Source of the DNA: a virus
DNA: 64,000 nt
IMG/VR virus record: IMGVR_UViG_3300023184_003849
Coordinates: 57,847-121,846 of that record
Direction: 5' to 3' (one strand)
The notes under the pieces are model-generated. The model made no database searches. It had not been told where the DNA came from and saw nothing but the letters and a program-made list of their open reading frames with translations. This document shows, piece by piece, positions 19,719 to 31,700 of this stretch. The translations under genes and the position numbers were made by a program. Each line of letters opens with the position of its first letter. Positions within the stretch are counted from its first letter, which is position 1.

Positions 19719-20714
19719 TTAGGCTACGCTGGCAGCAATTGTGGGTGTTCCCCACGAATTGGTCAAAGTAGCCGAACTTGGTGGAAGATACGTGACCAAT
19801 GTGGTTGGTGCTGTACCTGTGATTGTGGTTGAGGGGCTTGTGGTTGCTGTGCCACCCGAAATGTCAGCAGTGGTACCTGCACCCGTCGATCCATCGCTGA
19901 CCCAAGTTGTGACCAAGGTCAACACAGTGGTTGACGTGGCTGTGGCTGTGGTACGAATATATTCACCAGAGTATGGTGCGGTAGCATTGTTTAACTGGAA
20001 TATGGTAGTGGCCACACCAGTAAGATTGTACCATCCTGTTGTGGTGGCCAGTGTGGTTTGTGTACCTCCTGTGCCGCCAAGACGTGTGGTACCAGTGTAT
20101 GCTTGAGCCGCGATGGTTTGTGAGTTTGAGTTAACGCGACCGGTGAGATTGATCGAACCGCACTGTCCTGCGAAAGTATTCCAGTCTGGATCGTTATCAG
20201 TACCAGTTGAACTTTTGCCATACTTGAGACGTACAATGCCGCCTGCATTCCAGAAATAACGTGCTTGGTCTGCTGATGGAAAGGTCACAGTGTGTGTAAA
20301 TGTAATAGTCCAAGCGGCTTGTCCTGAACCAGTGGCTGTGGTTTTGCTGGTAGTGCCTGTAAAGGTTCCGTATTCAGTACCCGAGGCTATGGCATTGCCA
20401 CGGTTGGTTGTGACGCTGGTAATGTCAGTACTCACGTTGGCCAAGATGCCAATTATGTTTCCAGCAACAGGTGCAGTTCTTGATGTAAGAGTTGTGTTGG
20501 TTTGTGTTCCTGATGTGGCCAAATTATTGACTATTGTAGCCCATTGTGTAGCAGTTACTGTGTTAGTGCCAGCAGTTACTGTGGCAATATCGGTCTGACC
20601 CCATCCGGCATCACCAGATCCTGTGCTCCAAACTCTATTTAAACCAGCGGTGGTATTTCCAGCAAAAGTATTGTAATCAGTTGCTTCTATCAATGATCCT
20701 GATGAATAAGTCAT
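19719..20714 (-). CDS. Thr/Gly-rich virion structural protein (fibre-associated)
   Basis: 331 aa; MTYSSGSLIEATDYN..GSGDAGWGQ, ARYFWNAGG; located in the tail module. Confidence 0.7.
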   Translation of the reverse strand: MTYSSGSLIEATDYNTFAGNTTAGLNRVWSTGSGDAGWGQTDIATVTAGTNTVTATQWATIVNNLATSGTQTNTTLTSRTAPVAGNIIGILANVSTDITSVTTNRGNAIASGTEYGTFTGTTSKTTATGSGQAAWTITFTHTVTFPSADQARYFWNAGGIVRLKYGKSSTGTDNDPDWNTFAGQCGSINLTGRVNSNSQTIAAQAYTGTTRLGGTGGTQTTLATTTGWYNLTGVATTIFQLNNATAPYSGEYIRTTATATSTTVLTLVTTWVSDGSTGAGTTADISGGTATTSPSTTITGTAPTTLVTYLPPSSATLTNSWGTPTIAASVA

Positions 20715-20726
20715 TGCTGTTCCTTC

Positions 20727-21950
20727 TTATTTGATTGTGACAATGGCTTCTACTGTGCCAAGTCCTGTATCTAATTTATCTGCCAATGCGCGACCAATGA
20801 CATTAAATGCTGTGGCTTCTTCAGGCTGAGCAGATCTAGCAATCCCATCACCTGCTGACACCAACCGATCACCTTTACGTACGGCACCTGTTACACGTAC
20901 AGGAACCCGACCTGTCATGGCCACTGGCGGGTGCGTATCATTTTCACCTGCGCCACCGTTCATGGTAAATGCAGGGCGGGTAGAAATTACACCAAACACA
21001 TTGTTACTGGCATCTGTTCGGACCATGGTAATTTCAGCCGACCCACCTAGTTCAACCACAGTACCTGGTGTGTAGATTTCGTCTGCGGCAAAGCGTTCTG
21101 CTACGTCAGCATACAATGCTGTGGTGGCTGTGGCAAAAATTGTGTTAAAGTAACTGCCCGAACTACCGATATTTCCAATAGCATTGCCGGCACCATTGGT
21201 GATAGCAGTGGCAGCACCGCCGGTGTTTATGGTTATGGCACCAGTGACGTTCAGTGTGCCTCCAGTTACAAGATTGCCGCCAGTTACAGTACCAGCGGCA
21301 GACACAGTACCCGAGGCTGCAAGATTGGTTCCTGTGACATTGCCATAAACAGCGTTGTTGGCAATGCCAGTGGCCAATGTAAGACCAGGACTGACGGTTT
21401 GTACACCCCATCCACCTGCCACTGAACTGCCTGGGGTAAAGGTTTGATCCTTGCTGATCATGCCAACAATGGTATTAGCCGCATAGAGTTCAATTACACT
21501 GTGTGTTACTGCTGTGTTGTCAGTGATGGTAGCAACAATAGCACCTGTGGTACCTGTGCCTGGCGTGTAAGCAGGTCCTACCACAATCCAAGCAGAACCA
21601 GTCCAAACATTCAGTTGTTGGTTGACAGTATCGTACCACAAATCACCTGTTACATTGTTACTTGGAGCACTAGATGCCGAAGTAGCACCACCAAGGGTTT
21701 TAAATCCAGTACCGTTGTACACTTGCATGGTTCCAGTGGTCTTGTTAAACCAAAGTTGACCAGTAAGTGGTGCTCCAGGTGCGCTGGTATTGGCACCATT
21801 TTCTAGCAATCGAATAAAGTTATCGTCTAGAAATTGTCCATAGCCGGCCCAGTTTTTGCCTACCAAAGTCATGCTGGACGCAGTGTTTACAGTTCCGTCC
21901 GCTATGGTAGCAAAAATTGCGCCATCAGTTAGTGTAATTGTATATGCCAT
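20727..21950 (-). CDS. Tail fibre protein with C-terminal intramolecular chaperone (peptidase G2-like) domain
   Basis: N-terminal LVGKN.AGYG..NF..LLEN..GQLW fibre motif; C-terminal YADVAE..PGTVV..GVIS..P...GRVPVRV.G.V.KGD.LV. Confidence 0.75.
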   Translation of the reverse strand: MAYTITLTDGAIFATIADGTVNTASSMTLVGKNWAGYGQFLDDNFIRLLENGANTSAPGAPLTGQLWFNKTTGTMQVYNGTGFKTLGGATSASSAPSNNVTGDLWYDTVNQQLNVWTGSAWIVVGPAYTPGTGTTGAIVATITDNTAVTHSVIELYAANTIVGMISKDQTFTPGSSVAGGWGVQTVSPGLTLATGIANNAVYGNVTGTNLAASGTVSAAGTVTGGNLVTGGTLNVTGAITINTGGAATAITNGAGNAIGNIGSSGSYFNTIFATATTALYADVAERFAADEIYTPGTVVELGGSAEITMVRTDASNNVFGVISTRPAFTMNGGAGENDTHPPVAMTGRVPVRVTGAVRKGDRLVSAGDGIARSAQPEEATAFNVIGRALADKLDTGLGTVEAIVTIK

Positions 21951-21974
21951 TTGTTACTCCGAATACTCTATCTC

Positions 21975-21980
21975 TATTTA
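21975..21980 (-). promoter_or_regulatory. T4-type late promoter core (TAAATA)
   Basis: TAAATA overlapping the upstream stop, followed by GGAG and ATG 21950; a gp55-like sigma is encoded in the window. Confidence 0.55.
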
Positions 21981-22592
21981 TGCTACGCTCAAGTTGGTTA
22001 GAGTCTGTATACGCACAGTGTAATCGATTTGTATTTGGCGATTTAGACTCTTTTGCACAGGGTGAAAAATCACATGGGTCAGCAGTCGATCTGCTGTGGT
22101 TCCTGTCCATGCTTTCAACCCCAATTCATCAAACACATATTCACCATTAAAATTGGTTGAATTATCAAATGCTTGCTGTCCTGGAGGCTCTCCATAATCC
22201 AGTAAACATGTGACCAAAATGTCAGTGTAAACCTTGCCAGACGTATGCAACACAGTCATTTTGTTGTTGGTAGGATCTGTATCGGCTGCTGAGTTGTCAT
22301 CAACAACTTTGGCATAGGTTTGATTGTAGAGATCTGCATTGATGCCAGTGGTATTTGGGGGCAAATATGTAATGATTCCAGTGGGATCTACACTGCTTCC
22401 ACCATTGCCAAATGCCATTTCATAAATCCAGCCACCGCCCTGTGCGCTGGTTCTATTGCTGAGAGTTTCAGCCAGGCTAATGCTCATGTTTTCGTAATGA
22501 ATTGCATTCTTCTTGTCAACAAATACTTCTTTGGAATTTGGATCAAATATCTTTACAAATCCCTCGATTTTTACCATGCCAGGAGAAATCAT
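21978..22592 (-). CDS. Virion structural protein (baseplate/fibre attachment-like)
   Basis: 204 aa; NAIHYEN, MAFGNGG, FDELGL, LLTHVIFHPVQKSLNR; tail module context. Confidence 0.7.
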   Translation of the reverse strand: MISPGMVKIEGFVKIFDPNSKEVFVDKKNAIHYENMSISLAETLSNRTSAQGGGWIYEMAFGNGGSSVDPTGIITYLPPNTTGINADLYNQTYAKVVDDNSAADTDPTNNKMTVLHTSGKVYTDILVTCLLDYGEPPGQQAFDNSTNFNGEYVFDELGLKAWTGTTADRLLTHVIFHPVQKSLNRQIQIDYTVRIQTLTNLSVA

Positions 22593-22735
22593 GCTCTAGT
22601 CTCCACAAAAATTTGTTTGGTTTTGGGATCAAAAATCTTCACAAATCCTGTAACCGAAACTGATCCCTGTTCATTAGGGCGTTTGGGTTGAGAGTCGGTT
22701 TTTTGTTTGACAGATTGTTGATTATTTTGCATCAT
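22589..22735 (-). CDS. 48-aa small protein MMQNNQQSVKQKTDSQPKRPNEQGSVSVTGFVKIFDPKTKQIFVETRA
   Basis: Manual translation; TAAATA 4 nt upstream; ATGA coupling to the next gene; C-terminal half matches the N-terminus of that gene. Confidence 0.8.
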   Translation of the reverse strand: MMQNNQQSVKQKTDSQPKRPNEQGSVSVTGFVKIFDPKTKQIFVETRA

Positions 22736-22739
22736 GTTT

Positions 22740-22745
22740 TATTTA
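22740..22745 (-). promoter_or_regulatory. Late promoter core TAAATA
   Basis: TAAATA-AAAC-ATG. Confidence 0.6.
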
Positions 22746-22754
22746 CCTTGTTCT

Positions 22755-25700
22755 TTAGCCTCTAAAAAACTCGGCGGCTTCAGTGTTGGTATATTCCAAA
22801 CCCACACCATCGTAAGCAGTGGTCGAACCCGCACCGTACCAACTGAGTCCTTGACGTACTTGAATTGTGACCTGATAACCTGCTGTGGGTGCTGTGGTAA
22901 ATTGTACTGTGACTGGGTTGTCTCCAGTGACTGAGTACCCACTGGTTTGCAGAAGTCCGCCTACATAAACCAAAACAGCCTGCTCGTCAAAAGTGGAATC
23001 TTCTTGGCTTAGATCTACATCTGCTGTGAAGATAGTGGTAGTTCCGTCTGCCAAGGTGTTAGATCCTTCATAATGATCTTGATATTCTACCGGTGCTAAA
23101 TTGTCTCGGTTGAGATTGTATACAGTGTCACCTGTTGAGTGCAATGTCACAGCAGTGCCTGCCGTACCTCTCAACAGACTGCTCACTGTGTTGGTGATTG
23201 TATCGCGTTGACGATACATGATGCGCTCGCCATTGACTGTTAGAACTCCCCATATGTTATTGGCAAGATCAGGTTCCGCAAGTGCACCTGCATCGTTGAC
23301 ATATATTGTGTCCTGGTCAGCATACAATGTTTGAACCAATTCAGTGGTGGTTGCTGATGTCATTCTATATGTGGCCTGAACGCCACGCATGTCTTGGAAA
23401 ATACGCAATTCCAAACCAGTTATTGGATCACTTTCAAGCACCACAATGACAGAGCCATTGGCTGGCGCAGTATTGAAAGTTACTTCGGCCACTGTGCTGT
23501 CACTGCTGACTGTGTATTGATCTGGAGATATTACCACATTGTTCACTGCTACCTCAACGTCCAATGAAGCAGTGGGTGCATAGTAAGGCCCAGTTGTGGA
23601 GCCGTCCCCATAAGAAAGGTTGAATTGTCTAGAGTACACACGGAAGTCCAAGGTGTCAAAGACAGCACCAGGAACAAGTTCTTCTGGAGCATGACTTTCA
23701 TATGGACCAACAAATTGGCCGCCATCAACATTGATATCTGTGGCTCTGGTTCCCAAGTAGGGATCTAAAAAACTGCTTTCGTAGATGGCATCAAGTATGG
23801 CCGGATCATATGTGGGACGCCCCTCAGGTCCATAACTGATGTTGTCAAAAGGATTTATGTCAAAATTCCCTACATCAAATCCAGTGTTTTGTGAAAATGT
23901 GGGTGCCAACACCTGCACCCCGGGATAGGCAATTCCATCAATCAACAACGGTAAATCCAGTCCTGGTTCATTGGGTCCTGGCACATAGTAACCCATGGTG
24001 CGATCAACGCCACTTAGAGCACTGGCTGGAATCAACAGCCAATTGTCAGGATCAAATTCGGCAGATTGCACAGGCGTACTGTCACCGCTGTTGGCTTGCC
24101 ATACTCTGTTGTCATAGCGCACTTGAACGCCGTTGTCATAAGCCACGTTGGCTTGCCAAGTTTCAATTGTCGTGGTGTATTGATAACGATCGTACCGGAT
24201 AGTGGTGTTGATGCTACGAACCAAATCGTTGCCCATGACAGCCACGATCCGTCCTCCTGTACCGTTACCACCCGAAACAGTTATGATGGCTGTTGAGGTA
24301 TAACCTGACCCTGGGTCAGTTATAGTAACAGAACTGATCACGCCTGCGCTGTTGACAGTGGCTGTCATTGTGGCCTGAGACACACAGTCTCCTGTGACAG
24401 TAAGTTCAGGTGCAACTGTGTAGCCACTGCCGCCGTCGGCAATGACCACATCCTGAATGCTGAGAGTGTAGTTTTCAAACCAAAAACTGTAAGGTTGAGT
24501 TTGCCATAAAGCACTGTCAGGATCAACGTCACTGTAGGTACTGGGATGGCCTGTTCCTGTGGCTGTACTCAAAGTATAAGGAGTCAACACAGGACTCATG
24601 TACTGATTGGGCACTTGTGTGGTATTGTAAAATGCTGGCAAATCAAAGTCAGCCAGAGTACCTTGATACACATCAAGACCGTTATAGATCAAATTGAATT
24701 CACGTATTTGCACATGATAGGGTTTGACTTCTTGAATATAGTTCAACACAAAATCTTGATTGTCTCTTTGATATGTTTGATAAGGAATCAACTGACGAAT
24801 TTTGTGGTCAACGTCAATCAAACTGGTCTTGGTCAGCCACTCAGGTGCTTCAAATTCGCTCAGCACAAAGTTGAACATAAGGATCAATGCACGGTTGCGT
24901 TCGATCAGTAGATCTCCAATCAACAACTGCTCGTTGATTGCCTGTATAATCTTCCTGGTTTCTGTCACAGGCTCTTGATCAAAGTGCTGTGCATCAAAAA
25001 CCTCAACATCAAATCCATAACGACCCAGAGCATAATCCCACAGTTCGGCTAGGAACTGTATGGTTCCGTCCTGTAAACCCACTCGATCCCATCCTGTGTT
25101 GGTTCTCAAGTATATTTCAAATTTGCCTTGACTGTTGGCAGTAACTTTGACACTACTGCCCACAGGAGCCGCTGTCAGACTTAGAGTGTTGAGAGTGGCC
25201 ACATTGGACACTTCAGCAATGATCTTGACACTTGAATTGTAGCCCGGCAAATACCATGTGACATATTCCCAATAGTTCCTAGTGTCATAATTTTGCACAC
25301 GACTCAAGAACAGAGTAGCAAAAGTCTTGGGAGTGGTTACTGTGTAAATGGTCCACAAACCGTTTTGAGTGCTGTCGCTGACCACCAGATACTTGTAGCC
25401 TACTGGTACTTGAACTAGATCCTGATAACTGAGTTCTTCGATGTTGGCCACACGCTTGTTCCAGGCTCCAGTGCCTGTTTGAGGTTCTGGTTCACTGCTG
25501 TTCAACAAATTAAAACTGCGAATTTCTGATATGGGATACTGTAGCAACACTGCATTCACGTACTGCAAATAATTTTGCAGAGCCAAAAATCTGTTGTCAA
25601 ACATGCTTTGTCTAGGGCGGAACTGCACACCATAGCGTTGTGCAGGACTCAACCCAGGATCAGGCACAAGAGCCCCCAATGGATCTGCACCACATAAACT

Positions 25701-28700
25701 GTCTTGTAATTTTTGATAGAGGTTGTCTGGCAAAAATCCATCAGCACGATCTTGAGGCAACAGATCATACTGTACATGCACATTGTTGTCTGTAAATTGT
25801 CTGTCAAATTCGATGCTGATCACAGTGTCGCTGGCACTGAGTTGATCCTGCGCATTGTATATCGCTGTGGCACTGGGACTTACAAATGCCACATAAGGAA
25901 TACCACTGCTACGGGGATCAGCAATGTATCGTGCAATACCAGATGGGCTGAGAGTTTTGCCTATGGTGGTATTGATTGTGGTGATATTTTTGACCCAAAA
26001 ATAATAGGTGGTTGCAAATACCCCAGCGGTATTCAAACCAGTGGTAACACTGTAATTGACTGTGTTTTTGGGCACTCCAGGGCCTGCATAGTTGGCAGGT
26101 GGCACTGAACTGGCTGTCCATTGGTATACATCAACACTTGATCCAGGGAACGTTTGTCCCCAGCGTCGTGCCGCATACACAATGTCATCTTGGTTGGGAT
26201 CAATAAATCTCACTGAATTAGTATCCCACCAAATTTGACCCACATAGGAAGTTGCCCAAATTCTTCCATTGTTGTTTTTTGCGCCCACATTGTAGGCAGC
26301 AGGATCGACAGCACCAATATAATCGATATTTTGTCGTGCCGCACCCAATATTTTGCCTTGTAAAGGATCAAAGAAATCCAAAAATGCTGTTTTTGCGCTG
26401 GTAATTCTATCATAAGTGAACACACCATTGATCAAAGAAACATCTACCACCGGCTGTTGTAGGTTGGTCACCCGCCAGGATGGAGAAAGATCAGGATTGT
26501 TAAATATGCTCACAGCACCATAATTTTGTGCTATCAATGTGCTGTCACCAAGGTCATCACCGGGACTGCCCGCCAACAAAATACCATTGGTATAATCAAC
26601 CGCGGTTCCATAACGGTCCAATTCGCTCACTGTTTGATCATAAATCTGTAGACCAAATGCAAATTTGCCGGGTGTGGCCGCTGAATCAGTTGCGCTGGCA
26701 AAATAATCATATGTGTAAACTGCACCGCTCTGTACCAATGGTCCGACAAATGCTGTGGTCTTGCTGTCAAAATAAGTGTTGCCACTGTCAAAAGTTGTGG
26801 GTCTATACAAATTGCCACGTGGTGCCCCCACTGTGAGTGTGAGGGCACTGGTATCAATATTCACAGCACTTCCAAATCCAGCATAGGCCACTGGATACGG
26901 GCTCACAATTGTTTGAGTGTAGACAAAAGTTTCAAACACCATGCTGTCAAAAATGTTGCCAATCAGGCCAGGAAGCACAGTCAACTTGTTGCCAGACACT
27001 GCCGCATCGGTATTTTCAACGCTGATTGTGAGCAAACCAAACCCTTGTGTTCCAGGCACTGAACCAGCATAGGCAATCACATTGGGTACAGTGCTGTTGT
27101 TGATATCCTGTGCCAGTACTGCGGCCCAACTACTGGGTGTCCAGTAGTTGGTATCATTCAAAGATGTACCCACTGGCACAGTCTGCACAGCAATCCAAAG
27201 ACCTTGGTTGTATTCTACTATGGTATCTACAGCAAAAGTCAGCGCACTGTTCCAAGACACAGGAGCACTCAGTGCCACTTCCATGTTGTTTATTCTAATG
27301 GTGTTGCCAGGGTTCAATCTGGCATTGATGGTTGAGGTTGTGACTCCATACACACGACTTTGATTTACTTGTCTTTCTACCGCGCCTGCTTGTGGCAGAA
27401 TACTACCATCTTGCGGAGCACCTGCATAAAGGCTACAGTTGTATCTACAAAGATCAACAGCCTGCCCATAATTTGCATTTTCAAAGGCAGCATTGGATCC
27501 AATGATTTGTAGCAGACTAAATGTGTTTATTTCAATTTCCAGTATGTCTCCTACTGCGGCAGGAGATGCCAGTGTGATCTCGTTGGCACCTGTAACTGTA
27601 TATTCACTAGATGTACTTCCTGCTGTGTCTGACAAAAATTCATTGTTGAGTATGACTGAGGTAGGAGACACCAGTGGTGCATCAGTGGTGTATACTGTTT
27701 GTGTATTACTGGTCACAATGAATCTTTGCACCGACCTGTCATACACATATACTGCTCCTGCGCCAGACACACTGTTATAAGAATCGCCAGAACAGCCCAC
27801 AATCACTTGCCTGCCATCTGTTGAGCAACTGACTGATTGACCAAATCTTGCATTGGCTGCTAGGCCTTGTGGTGCCAATGCGTCAACATAAGTGTAGTAA
27901 CTTTGTGTAATCACATCCACCGTGCCAGTTGGTGCAACAGTAAAGGTTATGTTTCTGGTGGCAGTGTCAAAAGAGTAATCTATATTAGGCCGTTGAATCG
28001 TGCCATTTACTGTGACTTTGAAACTGTAAATATTTTTGGCACTGTACAAGTATTCATTCAAAGAAAATGTCAAAGTTACACCGTTGCCTGTGAATGTTTT
28101 TTCAACTCTTCGACCAATTTTTAACACAAGATCTTGAACTGGAATAGAATTTAACACCACCGTGGTGTCTGTCACAGTGTAATCGGTGCTGTAGGTCAAC
28201 AGTTGATTGTTGAGGACCACAAACAGTTGTTGATACTCTCCTGAATCTATTATGACATCATTGTTGTATTGAAACACAAATTGTGTGCCATTTGTTGTGT
28301 ATTGTACCAGTTGATTTTGTACCTCAACAAGGCTGTAGGCAAACACCTGATTGATACCCGGAGCCCCAATGTACATCCAGTGTTCATCAGCACTGACCAC
28401 AACACTGGTACCAAATTCACTGCCAGAATCTATGTAGGTGTCATCGGGCACGGTCAACAGATTTGACAACAAGAAAGTGGGACTATTGGGGAATCTATAA
28501 ATTATGCCCACATACCCAGAATTGGCACTTGAGTCTGATCCAATGCTGTCAGGTGCACCCACTGCGGCCCATGTTTGACTGCCAATGCTGACGCAGGACC
28601 CAAAACCGTATGTGCCAGGATTATCACATTCAATTCTGCTGTTTTGAGTAAAGGGGTTGCCTGATGTTCTGACAAAAGTGTATACTGCCCCTGACTGTGT

Positions 28701-31700
28701 GTCTCCGTAACTGGGAGCCCCCACAATAGCATAGACATTTTCGTGTGCTTGATCAACAGCCGCGCCAAAATCACTATTGGCCACAGGGGAATCTACTGTG
28801 ATTTGTCCTGTGGTTTGAAATACCTGTTGCTTTTGAACCACTTGCCACAAACCACCACCATTGTCATCTATCCAAACATAGTCGCCAACAAGCAAATTAT
28901 TAGCATAAGGAAGATCAACAATATCGCTGCCTTGTGCCACTCGTTGACTTTGCAGAGTAAATGCTGTGCCTGTTCCTGTGGCCACAATTTGATCTATCTG
29001 TAAGAAACTGAAAGCAATTGTGACTTGAAAAATATTTGGTACATTTATTACTCGATAAACACCATCTACGCCCGAGCCAAAATACTTGATCAACAAAATA
29101 TTGTCCACTGTCAAACCATGTGCCTGACTGAACGTGACCACCGCAGTGCCATTGAGATTGCTATTGACCTGTGTGACTTTGCCTTGTGCTTGTGCAGTTC
29201 TATAGATGCCCCAGTCATAGTCATTGATCTTGGCAACCCAAACTATGGATCCCACGTTGACATTGTTTAGGTCAGCAGCCAGCGACGCAGTATTGTCAAT
29301 GTTGAACACTGTGATGTCAACATCGTCAATGTTGACGTATCCAGCACTGGGCAACACAGTGTCAGTTTTTTTGACCAAAGTGGTGGTTAAAATATCAGGA
29401 CTGGTTATTTTGTAACTTTGATTCCAGATATCGTTTACTAAAACTGTTTGTTCTGCCTGGCTGGTTTCTCCAGGCACGACCACTTGTACCAAACTTGGGT
29501 TTGAAGTCAATAAGGCTTCATTCAGTCGTATTTCATAGAAACTTCTGTTGGCGTTGGCACCATATACACCACGTTGCACTGCCCAGTTTTCATAGATCTG
29601 ATACTCGTTGACTCCACGACCGAGATCAGCAAATGTAAAAATTTCAGCGGCACGCACAGTGCCTTTGGTGCCAAGAAATTGACGATACAGATTCACTTGA
29701 CTGGTACTGTCAAGATTAAGGGCAACCATATACTCTCTAGGTTTGAATCCAATCAAGTTATAGGCAAACAGGTCTTGGTTGAGTTCAAGATTGGCTTGGT
29801 ACACATTGTATGTGTTGGCCAATTGGTCGCTCTTGTTGGGCAGGTTAGGTAACAGACCCTGTTGAATCAGAGTGTAGTCACTGCGTGTCCAGTTGTTGAA
29901 ATCAAACTTGGGTTTGGGCTGTACAATATCAACTGCACTGTAATAAAAGTTTTTGTACAACACAATTTCACCACGAGCATATTTGCGTAGTGGTTCCCAT
30001 TCTTTTACATTGTCTTGATTTAATATAAAACCAGGTGCATTGAGTTGACCATTCCAGTCTTGTGTAACTGATCCAATCAATCTTATTCTACTTTGTCTAG
30101 CACCAGTAGCAGGATAGTAAATTAAATCAGCAAATATGCTTTGATTGTCCAACACAACCATGTTTTCATAAGATGTAAATTTAATGTGGAAATAGTTTAT
30201 GGTATCAGCAGTGAGACTTCTCAGAGTAAATGTGTTGTCCAGCCTTTCAACCACTAGATCTCGCGTGGCAAATGGAGTACGATCAGCATTGAGAACCATG
30301 TTTTCTGTTGTTTGTAATGCAATGCTGTCAACTATGGCCTCAGGTCTTTCCACAATTATCTGTGTGGCGCCTGGATTCAAATTTATAATGCTTCCTTCGG
30401 CCCACCCTTGACCACTCCAGTACAGAAATTCGCTGACCATTTGATTCCAGTCAAGCACGTAGCCATTTTCCATTTGATTGAATACCAATCCCTGTTCTTG
30501 TAGTAGGGCTCCATAACTCAGTAAGAAATCTGCTACCAAGGTTCTGTTGGTGAATGTGTATCCATAAGGTACCTGGACCACTTGGTCGCTGTAACTCACT
30601 GGCACACGCACTTCAAACCCGCCAGCACTTATTGTACTCAACACCCCGTTTACCTTGCTGACCAAGATGTCAAAGTAAGGTTGTATGGTGCTATAGCCGT
30701 ATACTGCCCACCCATTTGCCGTTGACTGCACAATGATACTGCTGTAGGTCAACTGATCAAAAGGTACGTTCTTGTAAAACAACAGGTTGTAACTTTCATC
30801 GGGCAACAGCAAACTTGAGTTTAGACTGTTGGGGCTGGATTTTTCAGTATAAATTTCTAGTAGATTTTTGCCTGTAAAAGCAGCCATTCTGTAGCACAAA
30901 CGCACGTCAAGATTTTTTAGATCTGCTGTGAGTGCGTCGGTGGAATTGATTCCACTTACTCGATTGAAGTCCACAATCCAGTCAATGTAACTGGCCTTGC
31001 TGACGCCGTTGCCATAGACTTCAATGCCATTGGCATCCAGTCTGTAACGACCGTTGTAGAGATATTGACCCAGTTCTGCATTATAGCGATAAAGATCACG
31101 ATCTGCAAACAGGCTGAAGAATTCTGCTGGACGTGTGAGGGCCAACAGGCGCATGATGGCAAATGGATATGCACTACTGGTTCTCCAGGCGTTCTCTACA
31201 GGAGCATCGTCACCAACCGCCCAATTTCTCTGGAAGTTGTTGCTGTTGAAATTACCAACCACTGTTTCAATGGGCGGTAGTAACGCACCTTCGCTGCCGG
31301 ATGGAATCACCTGTGTAAGTTGAGGTCTTGCATATTGAGGCAACACGTAAGGTGCCACAGGGTCTCGCACTAGACCTGCTGCCAAGTCATCCCACAACAC
31401 CAAGTTGCCTGACGTGTAAGGTGCAGGACCGTATTCTGCTTCCCACCAAGAAGGCATTACACTGAAACCCAGCATTTCCCAAGGTCTTGTGTTGGGACTT
31501 ATTGTGTCATAAAAATAGTTATAGATGCCGCGCCAGGCGCCTACGGCCAATGGTTGATTGGCAGTCAACTTGTTGCTGGCTGTGCTGTAATTCCAGGTGA
31601 AACCATTGTTGGGCAGGTAGTCCTGTGACTTGTAGTCCAATTTGTTCCAGCCAACCCAGGTCAAAAAGTCTTGACTTTCTATGCCGGTGATTTCCTCCAG

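Noticed and set aside
22739-22942. 67-aa alternative-frame ORF at the end of the giant baseplate gene
   Set aside because: Almost entirely nested, no RBS or slippery site noticed, no recognisable motif
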